Source of the DNA: Kofleriaceae bacterium | GTDB taxonomy: Bacteria > Myxococcota_A > Polyangia > Haliangiales > Haliangiaceae | DNA: 37,279 nt | Direction: 5' to 3' | Assembly (NCBI GenBank): GCA_046597055.1 | Contig: JBKJLC010000010.1 | Span: 1-37,279, forward strand | Shown: in pieces, positions 1 to 13,241 of the stretch | Layout: every line of letters starts with the position of its first letter | How positions within the stretch are numbered: position 1 is the first letter of the stretch | Program-made: the position numbers and the translations under genes | The notes under the pieces: model-generated | Database searches by the model: none | The model's input: the letters and a program-made list of their open reading frames with translations, nothing else | What the model was told of the DNA's origin: nothing

Positions 1-632
1 GACAGCGAGCGCAGGAGCGACAGCCACAGCGAGGTCGCGACCACCTCGTGGTGACCGGCGCCGGCGGTGAACGCGTGGTGGTGGACGTCGAGGATGCGCG
101 CGGTCTGGCTGACCCGCTCGAGCATGACCCCGAGCCACATGAAGTCGAGCGAGTCGTCGTGCAGCATCGTCGAGCGCAGGAGGCCCAGGGTCAGCTGGGT
201 CGCCGAGCGGACCCGGTGGTAGAACTCGAACCGTCGGTCGGCGAACTCGGCGCGCGCGGCGTCGCTGCGCAGCCACAGGTGCAGCTCGTTGACCGACTCC
301 CACGCCTCGAGCGAGACCACCTCGCGGATCGAGCGCGCGTTCCAGCGCGCGGCGGTGGCCGAGCGCCAGATCGAGACGCTGGCGGCCTCGTCCCAGGTCA
401 GGAACTGCTCGACCCGCTCGCCGTCGGCGAACGCGGCGTCGTCGTCGCCGAACCGGGTCTTGAACTCGTCCTCTTCGCCGGCGACCACCACCACCGGCCG
501 CCAGCACGCGGCTGGCTCGAGCTCGGCGTCGAGCGCGAGGTTGTGGGTGGTCGACAAGAGGCGCGCGGTCGACTCGGCGCGCTCGACGTAGCGCCCGAAC
601 CAGAAGCAGTGATCGGCGACCCGCGAGATCAC
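1..632 (-). CDS. Alpha-E domain protein (DUF403), 3' end runs off the window
   Basis: Not in the ORF track. Manual translation from GTG at 632 gives VISRVADHCFWFGRYVERAESTARLL...FMWLGVMLERVSQTARILDV, showing the two 'ER' motifs typical of alpha-E. Lies downstream of the CP-ATP-grasp gene. Confidence 0.9.
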   Translation of the reverse strand, partial: MISRVADHCFWFGRYVERAESTARLLSTTHNLALDAELEPAACWRPVVVVAGEEDEFKTRFGDDDAAFADGERVEQFLTWDEAASVSIWRSATAARWNARSIREVVSLEAWESVNELHLWLRSDAARAEFADRRFEFYHRVRSATQLTLGLLRSTMLHDDSLDFMWLGVMLERVSQTARILDVHHHAFTAGAGHHEVVATSLWLSLLRSL

Positions 633-704
633 GCGGGCACCCCGTGGTGGTCGTTGTTTGCCGGGGCCGCGGCGGTCGGCGCCGGGTAGGCTCGGGTCAG
701 CGCG

Positions 705-920
705 ATGCCCGCCGAAGCGTTCCTCCTGGTCGCGGTCCTGGTGTTCGCGATGTTCGCGATCGCCGCGGTCGCGCTGTCGTTGGCGCTGCGGGTCAAGCTG
801 GCCGGCGGGCGCGAGCCGCTGTCGCGCAACGCGCGCTGGTGGGTGCGCGGCTTGACCCTCGGCGTGATCGTCGCGCTGGTCGTGATCGTGATGCTGTTCC
901 AGCGCGCCTTCGCGGTGTGA
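705..920 (+). CDS. Small membrane protein, 71 aa, two predicted TM helices
   Basis: Strong GC3 codon bias; two hydrophobic stretches separated by a basic loop (RVKLAGGREPLSRNARWW). Confidence 0.7.
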   Translation: MPAEAFLLVAVLVFAMFAIAAVALSLALRVKLAGGREPLSRNARWWVRGLTLGVIVALVVIVMLFQRAFAV

Positions 921-986
921 CCGAGGAGGGGCGAGGCCTGGCGATTGCCAGCTCGTGCCGGGCGGGGCGCGGGTACCCTCGCTGCC

Positions 987-1190
987 ATGCTGGGTGCCGG
1001 GATCATGTACGGGCTGGGCGCGGTCGTCCTCGTGGTGTTCGTTCCGCTGGTCGCGCTGCTGAGCCGCGCCGAGCCGGGCAAGGATCGCTTCTCGCCGGAG
1101 ACGCGCCGGAGGTTCCTCATGCTCTACCTCGGGGTCCTGGCCATGATCGGGCTGCTGGGCCTGCTGGTGAAGCTGGTGATGATCGACTGA
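987..1190 (+). CDS. Small membrane protein, about 67 aa, two predicted TM helices
   Basis: ATG at 987 preferred over the track start at 945. Strong GC3 bias; TM-loop(SRAEPGKDRFSPETRRRF)-TM layout like the upstream ORF. Confidence 0.7.
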   Translation: MLGAGIMYGLGAVVLVVFVPLVALLSRAEPGKDRFSPETRRRFLMLYLGVLAMIGLLGLLVKLVMID

Positions 1191-1194
1191 TCAT

Positions 1195-2652
1195 CTAGAT
1201 GACCCCGCCGCCCTTGAGCACCCAGGTGTCCTTGGAGCCGCCACCCTGGCTCGAGTTGACGACGTAGCTGCCCTCGACCAGCGCGACCCGGGTCAGCCCG
1301 CCGGGCAGGACCCACGAGCCGTCGCGGCTGGTCAGCACGTACGGGCGCAGATCGACCCGGCGCGGCGCCACCGTCCGGCGATCCGCGATCCAGGTCGGGC
1401 AGGTCGACAGCTCGATCAGGTGCTGCGCGATGTACCGGCGCGGCTCGGCCTCGATCCGCCGGCGGAACTCGTCGCGCTCGGCGGCCGACGCCTGCGGCCC
1501 CATCAGCATGCCGTAGCCGCCGGCCTCGTCGACCGCCTTGACCACCAGCTCGCCCAGATGCTCGAGCACGTAGCGGCGATCGTCGGCGCGGGCGCACACG
1601 AAGGTTGGCACCTGGGCCAACACCGGCTCCTCGCCCAGGTAGAAGCGGATCATGTCGGGGACGAACGGGTACACCGCCTTGTCGTCGGCGACCCCGTTGC
1701 CGGGCGCGTTGGCCAGGGCGACGTTGCCAGCCGCGTACGCCCGCATGAGGCCGCGCACGCCGAGCACGCTGTCGGCGCGGAACACCTCGGGGTCGAGGAA
1801 GTCCTCGTCGGTGCGGCGGTAGATCACGTGGACCCGGCGCGGCCCGCGGGTGGTGCGGACGTAGACCCGCTCGCCGTCGACGAACAGGTCGGGCGCCTGG
1901 ACCAGCTCGAGCCCCATCGTGCGGGCCAGGAAGCTGTGCTCGAAGTACGCCGAGTTGTACGGGCCCGGGGTCAGCACCACCGCGGTCGTGTCGCCGTGGG
2001 TGACCGGCGACACCGAGCGCAGGGTGTCGGCGAGTCGGGTCGGATAGTGATCGACCCGGTGGACCCGGGCCAGGTCGAGCGCGCGCGGGAAGATGCGCTT
2101 CGAGATCGCGCGGTTCTCGATCACGTACGACACGCCCGACGGCGTGCGCAGGTTGTCCTCGAGCACCTGCCAGGTGCCGTCCGGATCCCGGACGAGATCG
2201 ATGCCGGCGATGTGGATGCGGACCCCGCCGGGCGGCTTGACCTCGCGCAGGGTCGGCCGGTAGCCGGCGGCGCCGAGCACCAGCTCGGCCGGGATCACGC
2301 CGGCGGCCAGGATGCGTTGACCGTCGTAGATGTCGTCGAGGAACGCGCTCAGCGCGCGCATGCGCTGGAGCAGGCCGCGCTCGACGTGGGCGAAGTCGGC
2401 GGCCGACACCAGGCGCGGCATCAGGCAGAACGGAAAGATCTTCTCGGTGCCGCGGTGGTCGGCGTAGACCGAGAAGGTGACGCCCTGGTTGAGCAGCGCC
2501 AGCTCGGCGAGCTGCTGGTGACGGGCCAGCTCGTCGGGGGTCAGGGTGCCGAGGTGATCGAGGACGCGGCGGAACTCGGGCCGGGCGCCGGCGGCGGCGA
2601 TCGTCTCGTCCCAGGTGCCGGGCAGGGGCTGGTAGTCGGCGAACAGGGTCAC
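1195..2652 (-). CDS. Circularly permuted type 2 ATP-grasp protein (DUF404/DUF407 family)
   Basis: Motifs GIDLVRD, LEDNLRTPSGVSY, LTPGPYNSAYFEH, NAPGNGVADDKAVY, DLRPY, PGGLTRVAL, VVNSSQGGGSKDTWV. Likely GTG start at 2652 overlaps the upstream stop (GTGA); the track start at 3969 is a shadow extension. Confidence 0.93.
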   Translation of the reverse strand: MTLFADYQPLPGTWDETIAAAGARPEFRRVLDHLGTLTPDELARHQQLAELALLNQGVTFSVYADHRGTEKIFPFCLMPRLVSAADFAHVERGLLQRMRALSAFLDDIYDGQRILAAGVIPAELVLGAAGYRPTLREVKPPGGVRIHIAGIDLVRDPDGTWQVLEDNLRTPSGVSYVIENRAISKRIFPRALDLARVHRVDHYPTRLADTLRSVSPVTHGDTTAVVLTPGPYNSAYFEHSFLARTMGLELVQAPDLFVDGERVYVRTTRGPRRVHVIYRRTDEDFLDPEVFRADSVLGVRGLMRAYAAGNVALANAPGNGVADDKAVYPFVPDMIRFYLGEEPVLAQVPTFVCARADDRRYVLEHLGELVVKAVDEAGGYGMLMGPQASAAERDEFRRRIEAEPRRYIAQHLIELSTCPTWIADRRTVAPRRVDLRPYVLTSRDGSWVLPGGLTRVALVEGSYVVNSSQGGGSKDTWVLKGGGVI

Positions 2653-4307
2653 GACGGGGTGCGCTCCAGGCCGCGGACGTCGAGCGTCCAGGTGGTCATC
2701 GCGGTCGGTTCGGCGGCGGTGGGCGCGGGCGGGTTGGTGACGCCGGGATCGGTGGCGACCGGCTCGATCACCAGGCGCTCGGCCCGGCGCGCGGTGGCCT
2801 CGTCGTTGCTGGTCGGCAGCCCCTGGTACCCGCCGCCATCGGGGCGCCACGCGTACCAGCGCACGCGCACGGCCTGGTCGCCGACCGCGAGGGTGACCTC
2901 GAGCGGCTCGTCGGCCGGCAGGGTCGGGACCAGGCCGGGGTCGGGCCGGTACTGGCGCCGGCGCAGGCCGAGCACGTGGGTGCGCGCGCCGTGCGCCCCG
3001 TCGATCCGGGTCGCCCGCGGCGTGATCGCGTGGTCGGCGATGGTCACCCGCGCGGCCAGCTCGCCCGGCGCGCGGGCGACCAGCTCGAGCCGCTCGCTCG
3101 AGGCGTCGACCAGGCGCGAGGTGGCGCGCTCCTGCGAGGCGACGTCGCCGACCAGCGGCCAGAACTCGATCGCGCGCGAGATGTCGAGGGTCGCGGCGCC
3201 GAGCGTGACACGGGCCAGCCGCGCGTCGCGGAACCGGCGCAGGGCGGTCAGGTGCGGCCCCAGCGGCAGGCCGTGGCGGTCGAGGTCGGCGATCACCGCG
3301 TCGAGATCGTCGGCGAGGAACCGGGGCAGCGCCCAGCGGTCGTGCAGCGCGCCGCCCCAGTCGATCATCGGGTGGTCGTACGGGGCCAGCGCGCACCGGG
3401 CCGCGACCGCCCGCACCAGGGCGGCCGCTGCGGTCATCCCGTCGGGGGTCGGCGGCATGCGGAACGCGCGCAGCTCGACCACGCCGAGCTGGCCACGCTC
3501 GCCGAGGTGCGGGTTCCACAGCTTCTCGACGTTGAGCTCGGCGCGGTGCGAGTTGCCGCTGGCGTCGACCAGGAGCGGCGCCAGGGTCGACCACAGCACC
3601 TCGGGCGTGACCCGGTCGCGAAACGCCTCGCGCTCGAGCCAGCCGCACGCCAGCCGCAGCTCTTCCCAGCGCTCGCGCACGCCCTCGTCGGCGCGCGGCG
3701 CCTGCGAGGCCGAGCCGGCGCACTCGCCGAGGAACCAGTACGACAGCGCGGGGTGATCGTTGAAGTAGCGGATCATCCGCGGCAACAGCGCCGGGTGCCG
3801 GAAGAACGGGCTGCCGGCCGCGGTGGGGCCGCCGAGCGGGAGCTGCCCGCCGCCGCCGGAGTCGACCTCGTCGCCGTTGTAGCGCCAGCGCGTGCTGGCC
3901 AGGCCGGCGCGGCCGGCGGCGAGCCACACGTCCTCGAGGTGGTCGGCGAACGTCACCAGATCCGGACACGGCGCGGTGTTGACCTCGACCACGCCGGGGT
4001 CAGCGGTGACGGTCAGCCAGCTGTCGCCGGGCCCGAGCGCGGGCGGCGCCTCGGGGGTGGCCGCGGCCAGGCCGGCCACCTCGGGCAGCTCGATCGCGTG
4101 CGCGGCGGTGTCGAGCAGCGCGGCGCCGTGCGCGCCGGCCAGCGAGTCGCGCCCGGCGCGGACGCCGAAGCAGAACCGCGGCGCTGGCTCGTCGGGATAG
4201 TGGCGGCCGACCACCCGGTGGACGGTGCCGCCGACCAGGCGGGCCAGGACCGCGGCGACCGCGGCCGCGCGCAGCCGCTTGTCGGCGGCGGCCGGGGTCT
4301 CGGTCAT
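2649..4307 (-). CDS. Stand-alone DUF2126 putative amidoligase (no transglutaminase domain, N-terminal motif missing)
   Basis: Visibly paralogous to the C-terminal part of 4327..7869: VTADPGVVEVN, SGGGGQLPLGGPT, HPALSYWF, SQAPRADE, GNSHRAELNVEKLW, GVVELRAFRMPP, IEFWPLVGD, DASSERLE. Confidence 0.85.
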   Translation of the reverse strand: MTETPAAADKRLRAAAVAAVLARLVGGTVHRVVGRHYPDEPAPRFCFGVRAGRDSLAGAHGAALLDTAAHAIELPEVAGLAAATPEAPPALGPGDSWLTVTADPGVVEVNTAPCPDLVTFADHLEDVWLAAGRAGLASTRWRYNGDEVDSGGGGQLPLGGPTAAGSPFFRHPALLPRMIRYFNDHPALSYWFLGECAGSASQAPRADEGVRERWEELRLACGWLEREAFRDRVTPEVLWSTLAPLLVDASGNSHRAELNVEKLWNPHLGERGQLGVVELRAFRMPPTPDGMTAAAALVRAVAARCALAPYDHPMIDWGGALHDRWALPRFLADDLDAVIADLDRHGLPLGPHLTALRRFRDARLARVTLGAATLDISRAIEFWPLVGDVASQERATSRLVDASSERLELVARAPGELAARVTIADHAITPRATRIDGAHGARTHVLGLRRRQYRPDPGLVPTLPADEPLEVTLAVGDQAVRVRWYAWRPDGGGYQGLPTSNDEATARRAERLVIEPVATDPGVTNPPAPTAAEPTAMTTWTLDVRGLERTPS

Positions 4308-4326
4308 CGGACGGGGATCCCTGCGG

Positions 4327-7869
<3,543 letters not shown>

Positions 7870-7962
7870 GTGGTCCGATCGTGCCCGCGCAGGCGTGTTG
7901 CTCGCAAGGCCCGACGGCGCTTCGAATGTTTCTCGTCGGTGTCGGGCCCGGGTCGGTCGCGG

Positions 7963-10900
7963 TCAGCGGAAGCCCGGCACGAGCATGCGCGCCATCGCGA
8001 GCGGATTGCGGATGCCGCGCGCGGTCATCGCCGCGGCGCCGGCCGCGCCCCGCGGGTCGCCGTCGACGCCGCCGATCAGGCGGCCCAGCTGGAAGCGGGC
8101 CGCGGCGGCATACAGCGCCTGATCGGTCGCGTCGAAGCCGTCGATCGCCAGCTGCAGCTGGCGGTGGGCCGTGTCGTGGTCGCCCTGGATGCGCGCGATG
8201 GCGGCCACGATCAGCACCGCCATCGGATCGGCCCACGCGGTGCGCTCGCGGAGGACCTGGCGGGCCAGCGTGCGCGCGCGCGCCAGCAGCTTGGCCCCGG
8301 CCCGGCCGCTGGCGGCGACCGCCGCGACCAGCGCGGCGCGGGCGCGCAGGTGCAGGGCCTCGAGCCGGGTCTGCTGCACCGTGAGCAGCAGCGAGCGCTC
8401 GAGCGTGGGCCACAGCGCGTCGAGCCGGCCGAGCGCGGCGTCACCGCCCCGGTACAGCTCGACCTGGGCCTGGAGCCAGAGGTGCGAGTAGTGCTGGAAA
8501 TAGAATCCCTGCTGCGACCAGCGGGCGAGCGCGCTGGTCGCGAGCGTGGCCGCGGCGTCGGCGCGATCCTCGGCGAGGTAGACCAGCGGCAGCAACGCGG
8601 TGCCGAAACTGGTCGCGGCGTACAGGTCGCCGCGCTCGAGCGCGTCGCGATACAGCATCGGCGCGCGCTGCGCCATGGCCCCGAGGTCGCCCAGGTACCA
8701 CTGCGCCCACAGCGACAGGATGCGCGCGCTGTCGCGCTCCCACATCGAGCCACGGCCGTGCGCGATCGGGATGGTCTCGGCCTGCGCGAACGCCGCCACC
8801 GCCGCGCGCCAGCGGCCCTGGCACAGCCCGGCGATGCCGGCGGTCAGGTGGGTCAGCCCGATCGCGTGGGCGTCGCCGAGCCGCTCGGCCAGGGCGCGGG
8901 CGCGCGCGAGCACCTCGTCGACCCGGTCCGCGGTCGCGTTGCCGCCCGCCGACAGGTAGCTGCCCTCCAGGGCCAGCGCGCGGGCGACCCGGTACGGCTC
9001 GCCGCAGTCCAGCGCCTGCCGGATGTGGCGCACCTGGAACTCGGCGCCGCGGATCGTGTCGATCAGGCCGAGCCCGATCGCGACCGACCAGCACAGATCG
9101 ACCCGGGCCAGCTCGGCGGGCGCGAGCTGCGCGGCCGGGCGCTCGTGATGGGCGAGCCCGCGCAGGCGGAGGCGGGCCCGGTTGACGATCAGCGAGGCCA
9201 TGGCCCGGCGCGGGGTCTTCGGCAGCGCCAGGCCGAACTCGTCGAGCACGAGCCGCAGCACCTCCAGGCCCGAGTCGATGTGGCCGGACGTGAGCAGCTG
9301 CTCGGCGGCACGCCGGCGGGCCTCGAGCGCGTGCCGGCCGCCCAGCGCGGCCGCGGTCAGGTACGCGTCGGCCGCCTCGCGACCTCGGCCGCCGTGGCTG
9401 AGCGCGTCGCCGATCGCGAGCTGGAGCTCCGCGACCTCGGGCGCGCCGGGCGCGAGCAGCTCGACGCACAGCGCGTACAGGCGCGCGGCGCGGGCGAACG
9501 CCAGCCCATCGGCGGCCTGGGCCGCGGCCACCCGGGCGTGGCGGTAGGCGCGCGCGGTGTCGCCGGCGCCGCGCCAGTGCCGGGCCAGCGCCTCGGGCGC
9601 GGCCTCGCCGCACGCCTCGAGCGCGCACGCGAGCCGCCCGTGGTGGGCGCGGAGGGTGGCGGCGTCGAGGTGGGCCAGGATCGCGGCGCGGACCCGATCG
9701 TGGAACGCCTCGACCAGATCGGTCGGCCGGGTCCCGGTGGTGCGGAGCAGGTTGCCGGCGCGCAGCGACGCGATCCAGCGCGCGAGCTGGTCGGGCGCGA
9801 ACGCCGCGGCGTCCGCGATCGCGCGCTGGCTGCGGGGCTCGCCGGCCACCGCCACCAGCTCGACCAGGCGCCGGGGCTCGTCGGCCAGCGCGCCGATCCG
9901 CGACCACAGCGCATCGTCGAGCCGGACCCGGCGGTCGTCCGCGCCGCGGCTGGCGACCGTGAACCGGATCAGCTCGTCGATGTAGAGCGGATGCCCGCCC
10001 GACTCCGACGCCAGCCGCGCGGTCGCCATCGCCACGTCCGGGCCGAGCTCGTGCGCGCGCGAACGGACCAGCTCCTCGGCCTCGCCGCGGGGCAGCCCCT
10101 CGACCCGCAGCGGGTGGCAGCCGGCGCCGACCTCGGCGATCCGCACGATGTCGTCCACCGAGACCGCGCTCTCGGTCGGCGTGCGCAGGGTCGCGATCAG
10201 CATCATCGGCGGCGGCGCCGGCGCCCGCAGCAGCTCGCGCAGGAGCGCGAGGCTGTCGCGATCGGCCCACTGCACGTCGTCGAGCACCACCACCAGCGGG
10301 TAGCGCAGGGCGGCGCTGCCGATCAGCTCGCGCAGCGCCGCGAAGCCGCGGGCGCGCAGCTCGGATCGCGGGAGGTCGTCGACCGGCTGACCCGCGGCCG
10401 CGGCGATCGGCGCTACCCCGCGCAGCCCGGGGAACATCTCGGCCAGCACCGCGACGTGGTCCGGCAGGATGCTGGCCACCACCTCGGGCGGCAGCCGGCT
10501 CAGCCACGCGCCAAGCTCGTCGATCACGCCGTCGAACGCCTTGTACGGCACCGACTCGCGCTCGTAGCAGCGCCCCTCGAGCACCAGCGCCGGCGGCGAC
10601 TCGGCGGTCACCAGCTCGAGGAACCGCCGCACCAGCGCGGTCTTGCCCACGCCCGACTCGCCGTGGACGATGACGACGCTCGCGCGTCCGGTGCCGGCGC
10701 TGCGATAGATCGAGCGCAGCATCGCCAGCTCGGTCCCGCGCCCGACGAACGCGGCGGGGCCGGTCGCCGACGCGCGCAGCGGATCGCGCGCCGCCATCAC
10801 GCCGAGCCGGGTCAGGATCGCCTCCAGGGGCGGACGGCGCTCGGGCTCGATGTGCAGGAGCTCGGTGCACAGCGCGGCGAGGTCGGCGGGCGCGTCCGGG

Positions 10901-11709
10901 GCCAGCTGATCGGCCGGGATCGGGACCGTGTCCTGCTTGCGCGCCAGCAGCTCCGCCTGCGAGCCCTCGATCGGCCAGCGGCCGACCAGCGCCTCGTACA
11001 GCAGCACGCCGACGCTGTACCAGTCGGCGGCCGGGCCGATCGCGCGGTCGGCCGCCTGCTCGGGCGCCATGTACCCGACCGTGCCGACCACCGCGCCGGC
11101 GCGCTGGTGGGCGCGCCCGACCAGCCCGAAGTCGAGGATCACCACCCGGCCGTCGGCCGTCACCAGGATGTTCGAGGGCTTGAGGTCGCGGTGGACCTGG
11201 CCGGCCTGGTGCAGCGCGGCCAGCCCGCTGGCCAGCTGCGCGAGCGCGCGCCGCAGGCGCAGCTCGTCGAGCGGGGCGCTGTGATCGCGGTGGAGCAGCG
11301 TCGAGCCGGCCGCGTGCGCCGGCGCCTCGGTCGGCTGGTTGGTGGTCGACGACGCGGCCCCGACGGTCTCGGCGTTCGCGCAGTCCTGCGCTGCCCCGGT
11401 GGGCCGGACCCAGCTGAGAAAGTCGCAGCCGTCGACCAGCTCCATCGAGAAGAACCACGCGCCCTCGGACTCGACCAGGTCGCCCAGGTGGACGAGGTTG
11501 GGGTGGGCGACGTCCTGCAGCGCGCGGAACTCGTTCTTGAAGCGGAGCAGGCGCTCCGGGGTCAGCTCGCGCACGGTCTTGAGCGCGACCGTGACGTCGC
11601 GCTCGCGATCGCGGGCGACGTACACGACCCCCATCCCGCCTTCGCCCAGCCGGGACACGATCTCGAACCGTTCGGTGCTCCGCAGCTCCTGGCGATCCGA
11701 CCTCCCCAC
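7963..11709 (-). CDS. Ser/Thr protein kinase fused to AAA/STAND-type P-loop ATPase and helical-repeat (TPR-like) C-terminus
   Basis: LGEGGMGVVY, VALK, HRDLKPSN, DFG, GTVGYMAPE; Walker A GESGVGKT; Walker B VVVLDDVQWAD; Ala-rich helical C-terminal half. Confidence 0.92.
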   Translation of the reverse strand: MGRSDRQELRSTERFEIVSRLGEGGMGVVYVARDRERDVTVALKTVRELTPERLLRFKNEFRALQDVAHPNLVHLGDLVESEGAWFFSMELVDGCDFLSWVRPTGAAQDCANAETVGAASSTTNQPTEAPAHAAGSTLLHRDHSAPLDELRLRRALAQLASGLAALHQAGQVHRDLKPSNILVTADGRVVILDFGLVGRAHQRAGAVVGTVGYMAPEQAADRAIGPAADWYSVGVLLYEALVGRWPIEGSQAELLARKQDTVPIPADQLAPDAPADLAALCTELLHIEPERRPPLEAILTRLGVMAARDPLRASATGPAAFVGRGTELAMLRSIYRSAGTGRASVVIVHGESGVGKTALVRRFLELVTAESPPALVLEGRCYERESVPYKAFDGVIDELGAWLSRLPPEVVASILPDHVAVLAEMFPGLRGVAPIAAAAGQPVDDLPRSELRARGFAALRELIGSAALRYPLVVVLDDVQWADRDSLALLRELLRAPAPPPMMLIATLRTPTESAVSVDDIVRIAEVGAGCHPLRVEGLPRGEAEELVRSRAHELGPDVAMATARLASESGGHPLYIDELIRFTVASRGADDRRVRLDDALWSRIGALADEPRRLVELVAVAGEPRSQRAIADAAAFAPDQLARWIASLRAGNLLRTTGTRPTDLVEAFHDRVRAAILAHLDAATLRAHHGRLACALEACGEAAPEALARHWRGAGDTARAYRHARVAAAQAADGLAFARAARLYALCVELLAPGAPEVAELQLAIGDALSHGGRGREAADAYLTAAALGGRHALEARRRAAEQLLTSGHIDSGLEVLRLVLDEFGLALPKTPRRAMASLIVNRARLRLRGLAHHERPAAQLAPAELARVDLCWSVAIGLGLIDTIRGAEFQVRHIRQALDCGEPYRVARALALEGSYLSAGGNATADRVDEVLARARALAERLGDAHAIGLTHLTAGIAGLCQGRWRAAVAAFAQAETIPIAHGRGSMWERDSARILSLWAQWYLGDLGAMAQRAPMLYRDALERGDLYAATSFGTALLPLVYLAEDRADAAATLATSALARWSQQGFYFQHYSHLWLQAQVELYRGGDAALGRLDALWPTLERSLLLTVQQTRLEALHLRARAALVAAVAASGRAGAKLLARARTLARQVLRERTAWADPMAVLIVAAIARIQGDHDTAHRQLQLAIDGFDATDQALYAAAARFQLGRLIGGVDGDPRGAAGAAAMTARGIRNPLAMARMLVPGFR

Positions 11710-11784
11710 GACGGCTCCGACGATAACACGCGGCCACGCCGGCGAACCGGTGCGCCGTCGAGGCGGCGGGCCGGCGCCGCGCGC

Positions 11785-13179
11785 TCACCCGCGCCGGCGC
11801 GCGGCGAGCACGACGGTGCTCCAGTCGGTGCGCAGATCGAGGAACACGATCGCGGCCATGCCCGGGTCGTGCTGGGGATGCTCGACCCAGGTGACGTGGG
11901 TCGGCTGCGGCAGGATCGCCGGGACCGCGGTGCCGCTGGTCGTGCACAGCTCGCCGACCTCGTACCAGCGTCCCTCGGGCCGGGTGAGCAGGGTGGCGAT
12001 GAAGCCAGCGTGGCGGGCCTCGACGCACAGCCCGGTGCACACCGCGGTCAGGGTCGGCGGCGACGCGTGGCGCTCGCTGTGGTCGACCCGGGCGCGATGC
12101 GCGCCGCTGACGTCGGTGCGGTACCCGCCGCTCAGGTGACCGCTGGTCGACGCGAACGCCCCCGTCACCTGCAGGGTCCGCCGCGAGTCGTTGCCGCCGG
12201 CGCTGGTGCCGGGGCGGCCGTCGGAGGCCGGGCCGGCGCCGGCGGTGTCCTCGGCGGTGAGCCGCTGGGTGTGCCCCGAGTGACCCGACGCGGCCCGGGC
12301 CGCGACGTAGGCCTGGTACGCGGCAGCGTGGCCGCCCAGGTCGACCAGCGCCTGCGCGACCTCGGTGATCGACTGGAACCGCGCGGTCTTCTGCTTCTCC
12401 ATCATCCGCATGCACAGCGCCTCCCACTCGGGCGGGATGGCCGGGTTGCGCTGGCTGGGCGGCTCGGGCGCGACCCCGATGTGGGCGATCAGCATCTCGC
12501 GGATCTCGCCGTCGAACGGCAGCGTGCCGGTCAACATCTCGTACAGCATCACGCCCAGCGAATAGATGTCCGAGCGATGATCGATCTCGCCGCGACCCTC
12601 GCACTGCTCGGGGCTCATGTACGCCGGGGTGCCGAGCACCATGCCGAACTGGGTGCGGCGCGCGCCCGGCGCCGGCGTGGTCAGCTTGGCGGTGCCGAAG
12701 TCGAGCACCTTCACGAACAGCGGATCGAACACCCGATCACACAGGAACACGTTGGCCGGCTTGAGGTCGCGATGGACGATGCCCTTGCCGTGGCTGGCAA
12801 CCAGCGCCGAGCAGCACTGATCGAGGATGTGCGCGATGTCCGCGAGCATGAGCCCGGGCCCGGTGCGCATCCGCTTGTCGAGGCTGGCGCCCTCGAGCGC
12901 CTCCATCATGAGATACGTGCGCGCGCCGCCGCTGGCCTCGATGGTCCCGAAGTCGATGATCATGATGATGTTCGGGTGACCGATCTCGGCGGCCGCCTTG
13001 GCCTCCTGGAAGAAGCGCGCGACCTGGTCGGAGTCCATCGCCTGCTCGTCGTGCAGCACCTTGACCGCGACGTCGCGCTCGATGAGCGTGTGCCGGCACA
13101 GGTAGACCGTCCCGGTCCCGCCCGAGCCGAGCTCCTTGTCCACCACGTAGCTGCCGATGCGGGTCCCGACGAGGTTCAC
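11785..13179 (-). CDS. Ser/Thr protein kinase with short C-terminal domain of unknown function
   Basis: LGSGGTGTVY, VAVK, HRDLKPAN, DFG, GTPAYMSPE, DIYSLG. Confidence 0.93.
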   Translation of the reverse strand: MNLVGTRIGSYVVDKELGSGGTGTVYLCRHTLIERDVAVKVLHDEQAMDSDQVARFFQEAKAAAEIGHPNIIMIIDFGTIEASGGARTYLMMEALEGASLDKRMRTGPGLMLADIAHILDQCCSALVASHGKGIVHRDLKPANVFLCDRVFDPLFVKVLDFGTAKLTTPAPGARRTQFGMVLGTPAYMSPEQCEGRGEIDHRSDIYSLGVMLYEMLTGTLPFDGEIREMLIAHIGVAPEPPSQRNPAIPPEWEALCMRMMEKQKTARFQSITEVAQALVDLGGHAAAYQAYVAARAASGHSGHTQRLTAEDTAGAGPASDGRPGTSAGGNDSRRTLQVTGAFASTSGHLSGGYRTDVSGAHRARVDHSERHASPPTLTAVCTGLCVEARHAGFIATLLTRPEGRWYEVGELCTTSGTAVPAILPQPTHVTWVEHPQHDPGMAAIVFLDLRTDWSTVVLAARRRG

Positions 13180-13241
13180 GCCCGTATGGTAGGCGCGGCC
13201 CCGGCCCGGGCGCCAGCGTGCGCCGCTATAGTGGGCGGGTG

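Noticed and set aside
629..1120. Minus-strand 163-aa ORF whose stop overlaps the alpha-E start
   Set aside because: Mostly the antisense of the two membrane microproteins (Thr/Ser/Ala-rich shadow). Only its last 25 or so codons could be a remnant, which cannot be supported.
1183..1194. ATG ATC AGT CGA (MISR) right after the ATP-grasp stop, mimicking the alpha-E start
   Set aside because: Only four codons, atypical codon usage, and it is the reverse complement of the microprotein end; likely coincidence.
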